Of a DNA stretch of 64,000 bases, positions 1 through 10,248 are shown one piece after another. This stretch comes from Diplonema japonicum (taxonomy: Eukaryota > Protista > Euglenozoa: Diplonemea): NCBI GenBank assembly GCA_964019335.1, contig OZ025729.1:372883-436882 (forward strand), written 5' to 3'. The position numbers and the translations under genes are program-made. The notes beneath the pieces were generated by a model. That model was not told where the DNA came from. It did no database searches and saw only the letters and a list, made by a program, of their open reading frames with translations. Every line of letters begins with the position of its first letter. Positions within the stretch are counted from its first letter, which is position 1.

Positions 1-2
1 TG

Positions 3-1595
3 TCAGGCCCGGAGCTGTTCAGATTGATTCACGGTTGTGTGGCACTTTTTTTTTTAATTCAGCTTTTGGTGGAGAAAAGAGTGCGGCCTTTGTTAGTGGA
101 AGCCTTCATGATCTGTGAAGGCGTTCTCATCATGCATGGTGACTTAGCCACAGCCGTGCAGCCTGATAAAGTCAGAGCGTGGCCGTACTTCGTTCTTTTG
201 ATTGATGTGTGCCTTGTGTTCCGGCTTCCAAAGCGAGTTCCCACCAGTCTCATCGTAATGCTCTTAAGTTGGTTGCTCGTTCTTGCTTTCGAGAACACCT
301 ATCGCTTTGGACTTTACGACTTCTCTTCTCTCCCTTCGCAGGATGAGCGACGGGAGAAAGTGGACTGTGATGTCCTGCCCTGTAGGATGAAATTAAGCGG
401 CAGCTTGCAGATGCTCGTAGGACAGGCGATCATTCTTTTGCTAGATTTCTACTTCACCCGCAAGTTTGCAAGAAGCCTCCACTTGGAGCACGACAAGATG
501 AGCGCGGCAATCGCCGCCACTGAGGACATCGCGACGTCGCTGTCCCGATTCGACCTCACCTCTGCCGAGGAGATCATCTCAACAGCCTCCCTCCCCGCCC
601 CACTCCATGCCGCATTTACCCAGATCCTCAACAACCTCCAAATATATCGTCCCTACCTCCCTCAGTCCTGCCTTCAACAAGACAAACAGTACAGTGATCC
701 TGATTCCCATCCCGACACCTCCCTAAGTGATCATGTAACACCCAAAAGGGCTTGCCCGACTTCTTTAACGACATTCGAAAAGAAGCGGTGCACATTGACG
801 GTGACGAACATGCTTGGGTCACACAAGCAGGCATCGAAAGACATCGCGGCATACCAGGACAGGTACGGACTCTTCATGGGGGAGCTGCTTGCCTGCTTCT
901 CAAGTGCGGCGGGGGTTGTGGGTGTTGTTCTGGGTGACCATGTGCATGCCTCGTTCAACACAGTGAAGAGGTGTGCCTCCCATGAGAAGTGTGCTGTTCA
1001 AAGTGCTGTGTCCCTCTGTGCAGCACTGGAGAAGGGGGAAATAGCTGTTTCGACAGGTGTGGCGAGCGGGGTAGCCTTCTGCGGCTCTCTTGGGTGCTCG
1101 GAACTCATGTCTGTTGCAACAATCGGTCCCTGTGCTGTTGCGGCCTCCGCTCTTCAGGAAGTAGCTTCAACAAGAGGAGGCCACAGGGTGGTGTGCAGTG
1201 GGAATGTGTACAGCGAATTGTCATTCAGCTTCACAATGAGGATCATCTTGGGTAGGGTGCGGGTCGGGGGCACAGAGGCAGTGGATCTGGCATACGAGGT
1301 CTTGGAGGCAGAGGGCAGGGCTACGGCGGAGGCGGAGTGGATGTACCAACTGGAGGAGGGGCCTTGGGACACTTACAACACGGCATCTAAACAGTTCCTT
1401 CTTGGGAACAAAACGGAGGCACTTCGTGTCTTGCAGATCAAGAGGCCCCCCCGCTCTATTCCAGTGGACACAGCAGAGGAACACTTGGAAGAGTTCATTC
1501 TTTCTGGTAGTACTGTGCATGATTGTGCGATTCTAAATAGGGCTTGTGGTGTTTCTAGTTCTGACCTAGTTCAGTCCGCCTTTCTAGATGGATGA
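3..1595 (+). CDS. Multi-TM class III nucleotide cyclase-like protein (degenerate), family A copy 1; 5' end lies outside the window
   Basis: Frame is open from the window start. Several hydrophobic segments, YRPYLP linker, cyclase-like core (LTVTNMLG, LGDHVHASFN, GVASG..CGSLG) and EWMYQL motif. Near-identical to copies at 2491 and 4443. Confidence 0.75.
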   Translation, partial: SGPELFRLIHGCVALFFLIQLLVEKRVRPLLVEAFMICEGVLIMHGDLATAVQPDKVRAWPYFVLLIDVCLVFRLPKRVPTSLIVMLLSWLLVLAFENTYRFGLYDFSSLPSQDERREKVDCDVLPCRMKLSGSLQMLVGQAIILLLDFYFTRKFARSLHLEHDKMSAAIAATEDIATSLSRFDLTSAEEIISTASLPAPLHAAFTQILNNLQIYRPYLPQSCLQQDKQYSDPDSHPDTSLSDHVTPKRACPTSLTTFEKKRCTLTVTNMLGSHKQASKDIAAYQDRYGLFMGELLACFSSAAGVVGVVLGDHVHASFNTVKRCASHEKCAVQSAVSLCAALEKGEIAVSTGVASGVAFCGSLGCSELMSVATIGPCAVAASALQEVASTRGGHRVVCSGNVYSELSFSFTMRIILGRVRVGGTEAVDLAYEVLEAEGRATAEAEWMYQLEEGPWDTYNTASKQFLLGNKTEALRVLQIKRPPRSIPVDTAEEHLEEFILSGSTVHDCAILNRACGVSSSDLVQSAFLDG

Positions 1596-1683
1596 ACAGG
1601 TTGTGACGATCTGCTTATTTGTTTTATTAAAGAAACAGCGTAGCCTGAGCATAGGTTGCAAGGTATGCTTAAAAGAATAACTA

Positions 1684-1774
1684 CTGTAAACCGAATACTG
1701 TCGGACGGAAAAAGTCCCGGACACCAAAAAAAAAACCCGGACAGTTTTCCGTCCGGGAGTTTTTCGTTTTACAG
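1684..1774. mobile_element. ~91-bp MITE with ~29-bp imperfect TIRs and TA flanks
   Basis: CTGTAAACCGAATACTGTCGGACGGAAAA ... TTTTCCGTCCGGGAGTTTTTCGTTTTACAG, with TA on both sides. Related sequence at ~57687-57770 and ~58412-58446. Confidence 0.6.
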
Positions 1775-1778
1775 TATT

Positions 1779-1925
1779 TATTAAATGAAAATAAAGTTGC
1801 ATTATTTCGCGTGGTGGCAGGGGGTTTAACGAGATGGGATCTTACTTCACGAGCGAAGCGAGTGTAGTAGAAATTTCGAGTTAAACGCGCCACGAGTGAA
1901 ATAATGCACTTATTTTCATTTAATA
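1779..1925. repeat. Imperfect ~147-bp foldback palindrome
   Basis: TATTAAATGAAAATAAAGTTGCATTATTTCGCGTGG is near-complementary to CCACGAGTGAAATAATGCACTTATTTTCATTTAATA. Central region contains CGAGCGAAGCGAG. Confidence 0.65.
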
Positions 1926-2490
1926 TGTTGTTTTATTTAATAAGAGCTGAGTTTGAAAGGGTGGGAGGTTACAGGTTACAAGAAGAAATCAAAACTGAGA
2001 GGCAGCAAAAAGGTCGGGTATTACAAGCTGCAAAGGGGGATTTCAAGTTACCAATTCTCGTTAGTTTTACATTAATGTTGATGTCGAGGCTTATCCTGTG
2101 CAACAATGGCCTACCCCTGGAACCATCTGAGATGCATGCATGGTAAATGTGGGGCCCACTTGCAGCAGTTTACCTAAAGGAACAACGGGAAAAAAAAGGG
2201 GGGGGAAAGGAGCAACCCGTGCCATTTTTTCGGCTGTGTAAATTTGACTCATTGCGTGCCAACGCGCCTTCCTATGGAATTACGAGGCCCCCCCCCAAAA
2301 AAAAGAAATGGGGTAGGATGGTTCTGTCCTCCCGCCTGAAAAGAAGTTTCGTTTCCTGACTAGCGTCTTCGAGACGTGTTCATACCCATCGCCTTAAGCT
2401 TTCTTACCATCGTTTTCTGTGTCCCACCCTTGAAAACCCGGCTCTAATTAAATAAACGAAAAAATAAATAGCTTGTACTTCCACACAAAA

Positions 2491-4209
2491 ATGGTGCGGT
2501 GTTCCCCACTTTCCTACATATTGCTCCCAACAGATGGCGACCTTGTGGTGTTCATGAAGAAGGTGCTGCTGACGTGCTTCTCACTGGTCATTCTGTTTCA
2601 GGCCGTAGCTACTATATTGAAAGGCGTGGATACGTACAGGATGATTCATGGCAGTGTGTCACTTGTTTTTTTAATTCAGCTTTTGGTGGAGAAAAGAGTG
2701 CGGCCTTTGTTAGTGGAAGCCTTCATGATCTGTGAAGGCATTCTCGTCATCTTCGTTGACTTAGCCACAGCCGTGCAGCCCGATAGGGTCAGAGCGTGGC
2801 CGTACTTCGTTCTTTTGATTGATTTGTGCCTTGTGTTCCGGCTTCCAAAGCGAGTTCCCACCAGTCTCATCGTAATGCTCTTAAGTTGGTTGCTCGTTCT
2901 TGCTTTCGAGAACACCTATCGCTTCGGGCTTTACGACTTCTCTTATCTCACTTCGCAGGATGAGCGACGGGAGGACGTGGACTGTGATACCTTGCCCTGT
3001 AGGATAAAGTTAAGCGGCAGCTTGCAGATGCTCGTAGGACAGGCGAACATTCTCTTGCTAGATTTCTACTTCACCCGCAGGTTTGCAAGAAGCCTCCACT
3101 TGGAGCACGACAAGATGAGCGCGGCAATCGCCGCCACTGAGGACATCGCGACGTCGCTGTCCCGATTCGACCTCACCTCTGCCGAGGAGATCATCTCAAC
3201 AGCCTCCCTCCCCGCCCCACTCCATGCCGCATTTACCCAGATCCTCAACAACCTCTACATCTATCGTCCCTACCTCCCTCAGTCCTGCCTTCAACAAGAC
3301 AAACAGTACAGTGATCCTGATTCCCATCCCGACACCTCCCTAAGTGATCATGTAACACCCAAAAGGGCTTATCCGACTTCTTTAACGACATTCGAAAAGA
3401 AGCGGTGCACATTGACGGTGACGAACATGCTTGGGTCACACAAGCAGGCATCGAAAGACATCGCGGCATACCAGGACAGGTACGGACTCTTCATGGGGGA
3501 GCTGCTTGCCTGCTTCTCAAGTGCGGCGGGGGTTGTGGGTGTTGTTCTGGGTGACCATGTGCATGCCTCGTTCAACACAGTGAAGAGGTGTGCCTCCCAT
3601 GAGAAGTGTGCTGTTCAAGGTGCTGTGTCCCTCTGTGCAGCACTGGAGGGGGAAATAGCTGTTTCGACAGGTGTGGCGAGCGGGGTAGCCTTCTGCGGCT
3701 CTCTTGGGTGCTCGGAACTCATGTCTGTTGCAACAATCGGTCCCTGTGCTGTTGCGGCCTCCGCTCTTCAGGAAGTAGCTTCAACAAGAGGAGGCCACAG
3801 GGTGGTGTGCAGTGGGAATGTGTACAGCGAATTGTCATTCAGCTTCACAATGAGGATCATCTTGGGTAGGGTGCGGGTCGGGGGCACAGAGGCAGTGGAT
3901 CTGGCATACGAGGTCTTGGAGGCAGAGGGCAGGGCTACGGCGGAGGCGGAGTGGATGTACCAACTGGAGGAGGGGCCTTGGGACACTTACAACACGGCAT
4001 CTAAACAGTTCCTTCTTGGGAACAAAACGGAGGCACTTCGTGTCTTGCAGATCAAGAGGCCCCCCCGCTCTATTCCAGTGGACACAGCAGAGGAACACTT
4101 GGAAGAGTTCATTCTTTCTGGTAGTACTGTGCATGATTGTGCGATTCTAAATAGGGCTTGTGGTGTTTCTAGTTCTGACCTAGTTCAGTCCGCCTTTCTA
4201 GATGGATGA
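2491..4209 (+). CDS. Multi-TM cyclase-like protein, family A copy 2
   Basis: ATG at 2491 (MVRCSPLS). Same architecture as copy 1, and the C-terminal half is almost identical in DNA. Confidence 0.8.
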   Translation: MVRCSPLSYILLPTDGDLVVFMKKVLLTCFSLVILFQAVATILKGVDTYRMIHGSVSLVFLIQLLVEKRVRPLLVEAFMICEGILVIFVDLATAVQPDRVRAWPYFVLLIDLCLVFRLPKRVPTSLIVMLLSWLLVLAFENTYRFGLYDFSYLTSQDERREDVDCDTLPCRIKLSGSLQMLVGQANILLLDFYFTRRFARSLHLEHDKMSAAIAATEDIATSLSRFDLTSAEEIISTASLPAPLHAAFTQILNNLYIYRPYLPQSCLQQDKQYSDPDSHPDTSLSDHVTPKRAYPTSLTTFEKKRCTLTVTNMLGSHKQASKDIAAYQDRYGLFMGELLACFSSAAGVVGVVLGDHVHASFNTVKRCASHEKCAVQGAVSLCAALEGEIAVSTGVASGVAFCGSLGCSELMSVATIGPCAVAASALQEVASTRGGHRVVCSGNVYSELSFSFTMRIILGRVRVGGTEAVDLAYEVLEAEGRATAEAEWMYQLEEGPWDTYNTASKQFLLGNKTEALRVLQIKRPPRSIPVDTAEEHLEEFILSGSTVHDCAILNRACGVSSSDLVQSAFLDG

Positions 4210-4242
4210 ACAGGTTGTGACGATATTTTGCCTTTTTTTTAT

Positions 4243-4283
4243 GGTGGGCCGTTGCTAACCACTTCGTTTCCTATCATAGCGAA
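4243..4283 (+). repeat. ~40-nt dispersed motif matching the LINE 3' end (copy 1)
   Basis: GGTGGGCCGTTGCTAACCACTTCGTTTCCTATCATAGCGAA between T-tracts. Matches 52716-52755. Confidence 0.8.
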
Positions 4284-4442
4284 TTTCTTTTTCGAAATTT
4301 CTGAAAAACAGCATTCACACCATTTGTTTCGTCTGCGCCGTCCTTGCCGGCCTCCCCGTCATCCTGTTTGGCTTATACACTCCTAAAAGGTGGTTGCAAG
4401 GTATGCTTAGAAAGAAAGTATTGCTTGTACTTCCACACAAAA

Positions 4443-6116
4443 ATGGTGCGGTGTTCCCCACTGTCTTACATATTGCTCCCAACAGATGACGACCTTGTGG
4501 TGTTCACGAAGAAGGTGCTGCTGGTGTGCGTCTCACTGGTTTTTATATTTCAGGCTGTAGCCACTATTTTGACAGGCGTGGAGGTCTTTAGGATGGTTCA
4601 AGTCTGCGTGTCACTTGTTTTTTTAATTCAGCTTTTGGTGGAGAAAAGAGTGCGGCCTTTGTTAGTGGAAGCCTTCATGATTTGTGAAGGCATTCTCGTC
4701 ATATACACTGACTTAGCCACAGCCGTGCAGCCCGATAGGGTCAGAGCGTGGCCGTACTTCGTTCTTTTGATTGATGTGTGCCTTGTGTTCCGGCTTCCAA
4801 AGCGAGTTCCCACCAGTCTCATTGTAATGCTCGTAGGTTGGTTGCTCGTTCTTGCTTTCGAGAACACCTATCGCTTTGGACTTTACGACTTCTCTTCTCT
4901 CCCTTCGCAGGATGAGCGACGGGAGAAAGTGGACTGTGATGTCCTGCCCTGTAGGATGAAATTAAGCGGCAGCTTGCAGATGCTCGTAGGACAGGCGGTC
5001 GTTCTCTTGCTAGATTTCTACTTCACCCGCAAGTTTGCAAGAAGCCTCCACTTGGAGCACGACAAGATGAGCGCGGCAATCGCCGCCACTGAGGACATCG
5101 CGACGTCGCTCTCCCGATTCGACCTCACCTCTGCCGAGGAGATCATCTCAACAGCCTCCCTCCCCGCCCCACTCCATGCCGCATTTACCCAGATCCTCAA
5201 CAACCTCCAAATATATCGTCCCTACCTCCCTCAGTCCTGCCTTCAGGACAAACAGTACAATAATCCTGATTCCTATCCTGACACCTCCAACCTAAGTGAA
5301 GTAAAACCCAAACCATTCGAAAAGAAGCGGACTTCTTTAACGACATTCGAAAAGAAGCGGTGCACATTGACGGTGACGAACATGCTTGGGTCGCACAAGC
5401 AGGCATCAAAAGACATCGCGGCATACCAGGACAGGTACGGACTCTTCATGGGGGAGCTGCTTGCCTGCTTCTCAAGTGCGGCGGGGGTTGTGGGTGTTGT
5501 TCTGGGTGACCATGTGCATGCCTCGTTCAACACAGTGAAGAGGTGTGCCTCCCATGAGAAGTGTGCTGTTCAAAGTGCTGTGTCCCTCTGTGCAGCACTG
5601 GAGAAGGGGGAAATAGCTGTTTCGACAGGTGTGGCGAGCGGGGTAGCCTTCTGCGGCTCTCTTGGGTGCTCGGAACTCATGTCTGTTGCAACAATCGGTC
5701 CCTGTGCTGTTGCGGCCTCCGCTCTTCAGGAAGTAGCTTCAACAAGAGGAGGCCACAGGGTGGTGTGCAGTGGGAATGTGTACAGCGAATTGTCATTCAG
5801 CTTCACAATGAGGATCATCTTGGGTAGGGTGCGGGTCGGGGGCACAGAGGCAGTGGATCTGGCATACGAGGTCTTGGAGGCAGAGGGCAGGGCTACGGCG
5901 GAGGCGGAGTGGATGTACCAACTGGAGGAAAGGCCTTGGGACACTTACAACACGGCATCTAAACAGTTCCTTCTTGGGAACAAAACGGAGGCACTTCGTG
6001 TCTTGCAGATCAAGAGGCCCCCCCGCCCTATTCCAGTGGACACAGCAGAGAGATGCTTGGAAGATTTCATTCTTTCTGGTAGTACTATACATGATTGTGC
6101 GATTCTAAGTAGGTAA
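4443..6116 (+). CDS. Multi-TM cyclase-like protein, family A copy 3 (shorter C-terminus)
   Basis: ATG at 4443. Third tandem paralog. Stops earlier after ...AILSR because the 3' end differs. Confidence 0.8.
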   Translation: MVRCSPLSYILLPTDDDLVVFTKKVLLVCVSLVFIFQAVATILTGVEVFRMVQVCVSLVFLIQLLVEKRVRPLLVEAFMICEGILVIYTDLATAVQPDRVRAWPYFVLLIDVCLVFRLPKRVPTSLIVMLVGWLLVLAFENTYRFGLYDFSSLPSQDERREKVDCDVLPCRMKLSGSLQMLVGQAVVLLLDFYFTRKFARSLHLEHDKMSAAIAATEDIATSLSRFDLTSAEEIISTASLPAPLHAAFTQILNNLQIYRPYLPQSCLQDKQYNNPDSYPDTSNLSEVKPKPFEKKRTSLTTFEKKRCTLTVTNMLGSHKQASKDIAAYQDRYGLFMGELLACFSSAAGVVGVVLGDHVHASFNTVKRCASHEKCAVQSAVSLCAALEKGEIAVSTGVASGVAFCGSLGCSELMSVATIGPCAVAASALQEVASTRGGHRVVCSGNVYSELSFSFTMRIILGRVRVGGTEAVDLAYEVLEAEGRATAEAEWMYQLEERPWDTYNTASKQFLLGNKTEALRVLQIKRPPRPIPVDTAERCLEDFILSGSTIHDCAILSR

Positions 6117-6603
6117 GTCAATATCAGTCCACCTTTCTAGATGGATGAACAGCTAGTACCTTTTATTTTATTTTTTTTTTACAATAGCAGTTGTCACACC
6201 ATTTGTTTCGTTTTTGTCAATTTACGCCTTCAGGCGGCTTAGTAGGGGCCAGCTCGCACTTTTTGACCAGAGCGCGGAGGCGCTGCTTTGTAGGAAGTAT
6301 GACAAGAGGATGTCGTCTGGCCTGGTCCTCGCGGATGCAGTAGCGAAGGAGGGAGGAATTAGACCCTGTCTGAGGTGTCAGTTTTATTAAATTTCTCCTG
6401 TTGAATCTGCTGCGCAGGTTGCGTTGGGGCAGTGATTACTCGCAGGCACTTAAAACGAGAAGGTGGCCGCTTTATCAATAGTTCTGTCAGTAAATTGCCT
6501 GTCAACGTGGCGTTTGTTTTTGTAAGATGTTGCTATAAAGAAATAATATAAAAGGTCACCTTCTCCCCTCCTCCCTTTTCTCTTCCTCAATGGTAACCTA
6601 ACA

Positions 6604-9600
6604 ATGAACGACTTCGCAAAGGACACAGCGCAGGTGGCGGGTATCAAGGTCAGTGCAATGCCGGCTCTGGTGGTCCTAGTTGTCGGAGTACAGGCAGTGG
6701 CCTTGGGAATCATGATGGGAGCAGTAGCAGGTACAGGTGAAGACACCACTATAGACAGCTTCCCAGAGCAGTGGAAACAAGAGATCACAGCGACGAAAAT
6801 GGCTTCCGAGGCACTGCTACAACTTGCGAACACCGACCGCACCAGGTTTTGTACTGGCCCTGGGAAAGCACTAATCGAAGCCTCCCTGCACCAAATGGTT
6901 CTACAAGCAGCCCTGTCCCAAGGGTGCATATTCAAAACAGACCCGGCCACGCCCCAATGGAAATCAGGAGAGCTGTCTGTGACCTTTGACACTGTATACT
7001 ACACTAAAGGGCTGACGTCGAACAGTGTCTTCACACATCTTGGAGCAGAATGGAAGTATAAAAAGGAAGAAGGGTTCAAGCCAACGGCAGTGGCCATATT
7101 GGTAGTTGGAACCGTGCTGAGTGGTTTGGTTTTGGATGTGATGCTTGTGATGTTTGTGAAGAAGGGGTTTTTGAAGCCGATAAAGGAACTTACCCAGTAT
7201 GTAGAGTCTCAACAGGCGGCAGGGGCTCCGTTTGAAGACACCGTTTTGAATATTGTGGAGTGCAGGGTGTTGGTGGACAAGGTGGTGGAGGTGTGTGCAG
7301 ACCTGAATGCCGCGTCGAATTTTGTTCCCGAGATGCCGACGTTTGTGGAGAATGAGGATCACGATGCGACGTATACATCTGTCAGGTTTTCCGTTGCTGC
7401 GCCGACGACGTCACGGAGAACAACACTGTCCGTTGCACGCGAAGTTTCATCAGCCCAAGCCACCGCGACCGTTATGTGCGTTAAGATTATCTATACCGAT
7501 TTATACCCACGATTCGTCACCGCCTCCGAGGAGTTCCACCGCTTATCGTGCATCATCTTAACCGTCGTTACAGATAAGGTACGTGACACTGCTGGCTGCA
7601 TTGTCGGTGCTTCTTCCGACCAGCTTTTTGCGTACTGGCTCGCGCCCTCTATTTCTCCCTTCCGCATTACTTTATGCATTTCGGAATCCATTGCACGCCG
7701 TCAGAACGAACAAATCTCGGACGACCTCCCAACCGCCTTGACCGGATTCGGTTTATCGTATGGTGATGTAATGTGCTGTACGGTTGGGTCAGAAACGTAC
7801 CGCGCGCCTGCTGTCATGGGTCGTGCTGTTGAAGAGGCTGAGATATGTGCAAGGGCGTCGGTGGAGCTCAATTGCAGCCTGTCCATTTCGGAGAAATTTC
7901 AGAAGGAGAACCACATCGACAATGCCTCGTACCTGATGCTGCCCATTGACTACTACGTGTCCGATACGATCTGCACGAAAATCTATAAGGTGGTTGATCT
8001 GGACGAGGCCGGTCACGACGCACAGGCTTTGTACGAGCCGTACCAGGCCGCGTTCGCCAGCTATTTGAATTACGACTTCGGGGAGTGCGAGATCTTTCTG
8101 AACGACTTTCTAGAATCGCTTCCGGAGGACATTCTGGGAAACAGGTTGCGGGAGTTAGTACACAGATTGTCATCCATGCCCGAGAGCCAAAATATACGAA
8201 TGGGGTGCAAACAGTCGGTTTTGGTACCACTATGCGAAGCAGAATCATACCCAAATGCCGCGCAAGAATCGTCCTTATCAACACTAGGGGAAGAGGTATC
8301 TTCCGTCGGCGAAGATTGCGGATCGGAAATGAGCTCCTCCTTGGCAGCGACGCAGCGGGCAATGAGACATCCGTCTGAGTTTAGTCAGAGTAGCAAGCCG
8401 TCCGATTCCGTGAAGAGAAAGTCGAATAAAAACCCCCTTTCGTCCCTCTTGTCTGACAAGCGGGAGGAGATCGCCCAGCTACGCAGAGGGATAAGGTCCC
8501 ACATGGACATGTCTTCTGCGGCAGGAGCCAGGAGCGTACCTGGTTCTAGAAGAGTATCCACGGACGTTGAGAAAAAACCTGCCCCTGTAGTACCGAGAGC
8601 GGTATATGTGACAGATGAGCAGCTGGGACATGAGACAAAACTGAAGGCGAAGGTGAATCGATTGAAATTGTGGAACGCGCTGACACTGATGCTGCTCATA
8701 TACAACTCATTCGTCGTGCCTCTCCGGTGGGGTTTCAATTATGTGAACGTTCACCCCGCGATCATCGCCATGAATTTCATATTGGACGTGGCCATTTACT
8801 ACACAAAGATATTCCTCACCAGCACCACGCCGTACGAGGAAGGGACACATTGGGTTGAGGACCCACATCTCATATTCGAGCACTATAGGAAGAACGGATT
8901 CTACATGGATGTGGTCGCATGTTTCCCGGTCGAACTGCTGGCGCTCTCCTGGGAGGAGTCGAAGCGTAACGCGGTGTTCCTGCCCCACTACCGTTGGAAC
9001 CGTGTCATCAACATCATCCACCTCCCGAGCCACTTCAACGATTTCTTCGCGAACTATTTCCCGGGGCTGTCCCCGATTCTGATCCGGATCCAACAGGCGT
9101 TGATCTGCATTTTTTTCATCGTGCACATCATCTCGTGCACGTTCAATGTGATTCTGACCCACGAAAGGGGTTGGGAAGGCTCTTGGTTCCCATATGAGAA
9201 CTATGAAGAGAACTCAGGGCTTTTAAAGTACGTACTGTCCGTCGATTGGTCTGTTCGAACCGTCTCGGGCTACGGGCATCGTCTACCAGCAACGGATATT
9301 CAGGTTTTGTACACTACTGTGGTTTGTGTGGTAGGGTTTGCGTTGTTCGCGACCGTTCTCGCGTACTGTACAACGTTGGTGTCGTCGCTGGGCGCGCAGG
9401 AGAACCAATTCCGACAGAAGGTCGAAGAGATCCGAGATTACTTCCGTCACGCCAAGAACAACTCGGGGATGATGGACGAAATTATATGTTACTACAAATA
9501 CATATGGAAGACCAACAGATCGTTGAGCCAAACCGACACACCTCTCAACGGCCTGACCCCCGAGCTGGAGGACCGTCTTATCGTTGCGGTCAACACGATT

Positions 9601-10248
9601 TTGATGAAACGCGTCCCTCTTTTCCAGTCTGTGAAGGACAACCACGAGTTCATCCTGTCGTTGGTGAGCAAGCTCACGAGATCGGTTTTGATCCCGGAAG
9701 CTTTTATCTGCCGAATGGGCGACGAAGGTGACGCAATGCACTTCATAGGACAAGGCAAGGTAGTCGTTCTTGATCAAGCGTTAAACCCAATCACCGAGCT
9801 TGAAGACGGAGCGTTCTTCGGGGAGGTCGCGCTTCTTTACGGAACGAAGCGGAACGCTACCATCAAGACGCTCACTCATACCCTGCTTTTCACGCTGACG
9901 AAACGCGAATTTATGTCATTAGGCAGAACTTATCCAGAGTGTATGATTGACATCTTGACACTTGCCGAGGAGCGGAAACGAGCAGCGAACAACGAGCCAG
10001 CGCTTACAAAGAACCAGCAAGCCTTTGTGGTGAAAATGATGATGAAAATGTCGAACAAGCCCGTGATCAACCCCAAGTCCGCTCGCTGGAAGCGGGCCTG
10101 GGAAGCGCTCAGACGGTACAAGAGGGAGCACGAGACGTTCGATAATCTGAAACCGATGCCGACAATCAGGTTTAGGCGCACTGACGTCACCTTCCTCAAG
10201 GTACAAGACAGCATAATGAAAGCAAACACGGACGAGGTATTTTTTTGA
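6604..10248 (+). CDS. Fusion: TM-sensor/HAMP-like + degenerate class III cyclase + TPR-like helix + multi-TM cyclic-nucleotide-gated (HCN/CNG/EAG-like) channel + cNMP-binding domain
   Basis: 1214-aa uninterrupted ORF. Two N-terminal TMs then LKPIKEL. Cyclase-like SSDQLFAYW and GLSYGDVMCCTVGS..APAVMGRAV. Channel pore TVSGYG. CNBD ICRMGDEGDAMHFI..FFGEVALLYGTKRNATI. Confidence 0.8.
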   Translation: MNDFAKDTAQVAGIKVSAMPALVVLVVGVQAVALGIMMGAVAGTGEDTTIDSFPEQWKQEITATKMASEALLQLANTDRTRFCTGPGKALIEASLHQMVLQAALSQGCIFKTDPATPQWKSGELSVTFDTVYYTKGLTSNSVFTHLGAEWKYKKEEGFKPTAVAILVVGTVLSGLVLDVMLVMFVKKGFLKPIKELTQYVESQQAAGAPFEDTVLNIVECRVLVDKVVEVCADLNAASNFVPEMPTFVENEDHDATYTSVRFSVAAPTTSRRTTLSVAREVSSAQATATVMCVKIIYTDLYPRFVTASEEFHRLSCIILTVVTDKVRDTAGCIVGASSDQLFAYWLAPSISPFRITLCISESIARRQNEQISDDLPTALTGFGLSYGDVMCCTVGSETYRAPAVMGRAVEEAEICARASVELNCSLSISEKFQKENHIDNASYLMLPIDYYVSDTICTKIYKVVDLDEAGHDAQALYEPYQAAFASYLNYDFGECEIFLNDFLESLPEDILGNRLRELVHRLSSMPESQNIRMGCKQSVLVPLCEAESYPNAAQESSLSTLGEEVSSVGEDCGSEMSSSLAATQRAMRHPSEFSQSSKPSDSVKRKSNKNPLSSLLSDKREEIAQLRRGIRSHMDMSSAAGARSVPGSRRVSTDVEKKPAPVVPRAVYVTDEQLGHETKLKAKVNRLKLWNALTLMLLIYNSFVVPLRWGFNYVNVHPAIIAMNFILDVAIYYTKIFLTSTTPYEEGTHWVEDPHLIFEHYRKNGFYMDVVACFPVELLALSWEESKRNAVFLPHYRWNRVINIIHLPSHFNDFFANYFPGLSPILIRIQQALICIFFIVHIISCTFNVILTHERGWEGSWFPYENYEENSGLLKYVLSVDWSVRTVSGYGHRLPATDIQVLYTTVVCVVGFALFATVLAYCTTLVSSLGAQENQFRQKVEEIRDYFRHAKNNSGMMDEIICYYKYIWKTNRSLSQTDTPLNGLTPELEDRLIVAVNTILMKRVPLFQSVKDNHEFILSLVSKLTRSVLIPEAFICRMGDEGDAMHFIGQGKVVVLDQALNPITELEDGAFFGEVALLYGTKRNATIKTLTHTLLFTLTKREFMSLGRTYPECMIDILTLAEERKRAANNEPALTKNQQAFVVKMMMKMSNKPVINPKSARWKRAWEALRRYKREHETFDNLKPMPTIRFRRTDVTFLKVQDSIMKANTDEVFF

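Noticed and set aside
6113-6140. GTAAGT...TTTCTAG micro-intron at the end of copy 3
   Set aside because: Only 28 nt, and the AG side is homologous to coding sequence in copies 1-2.
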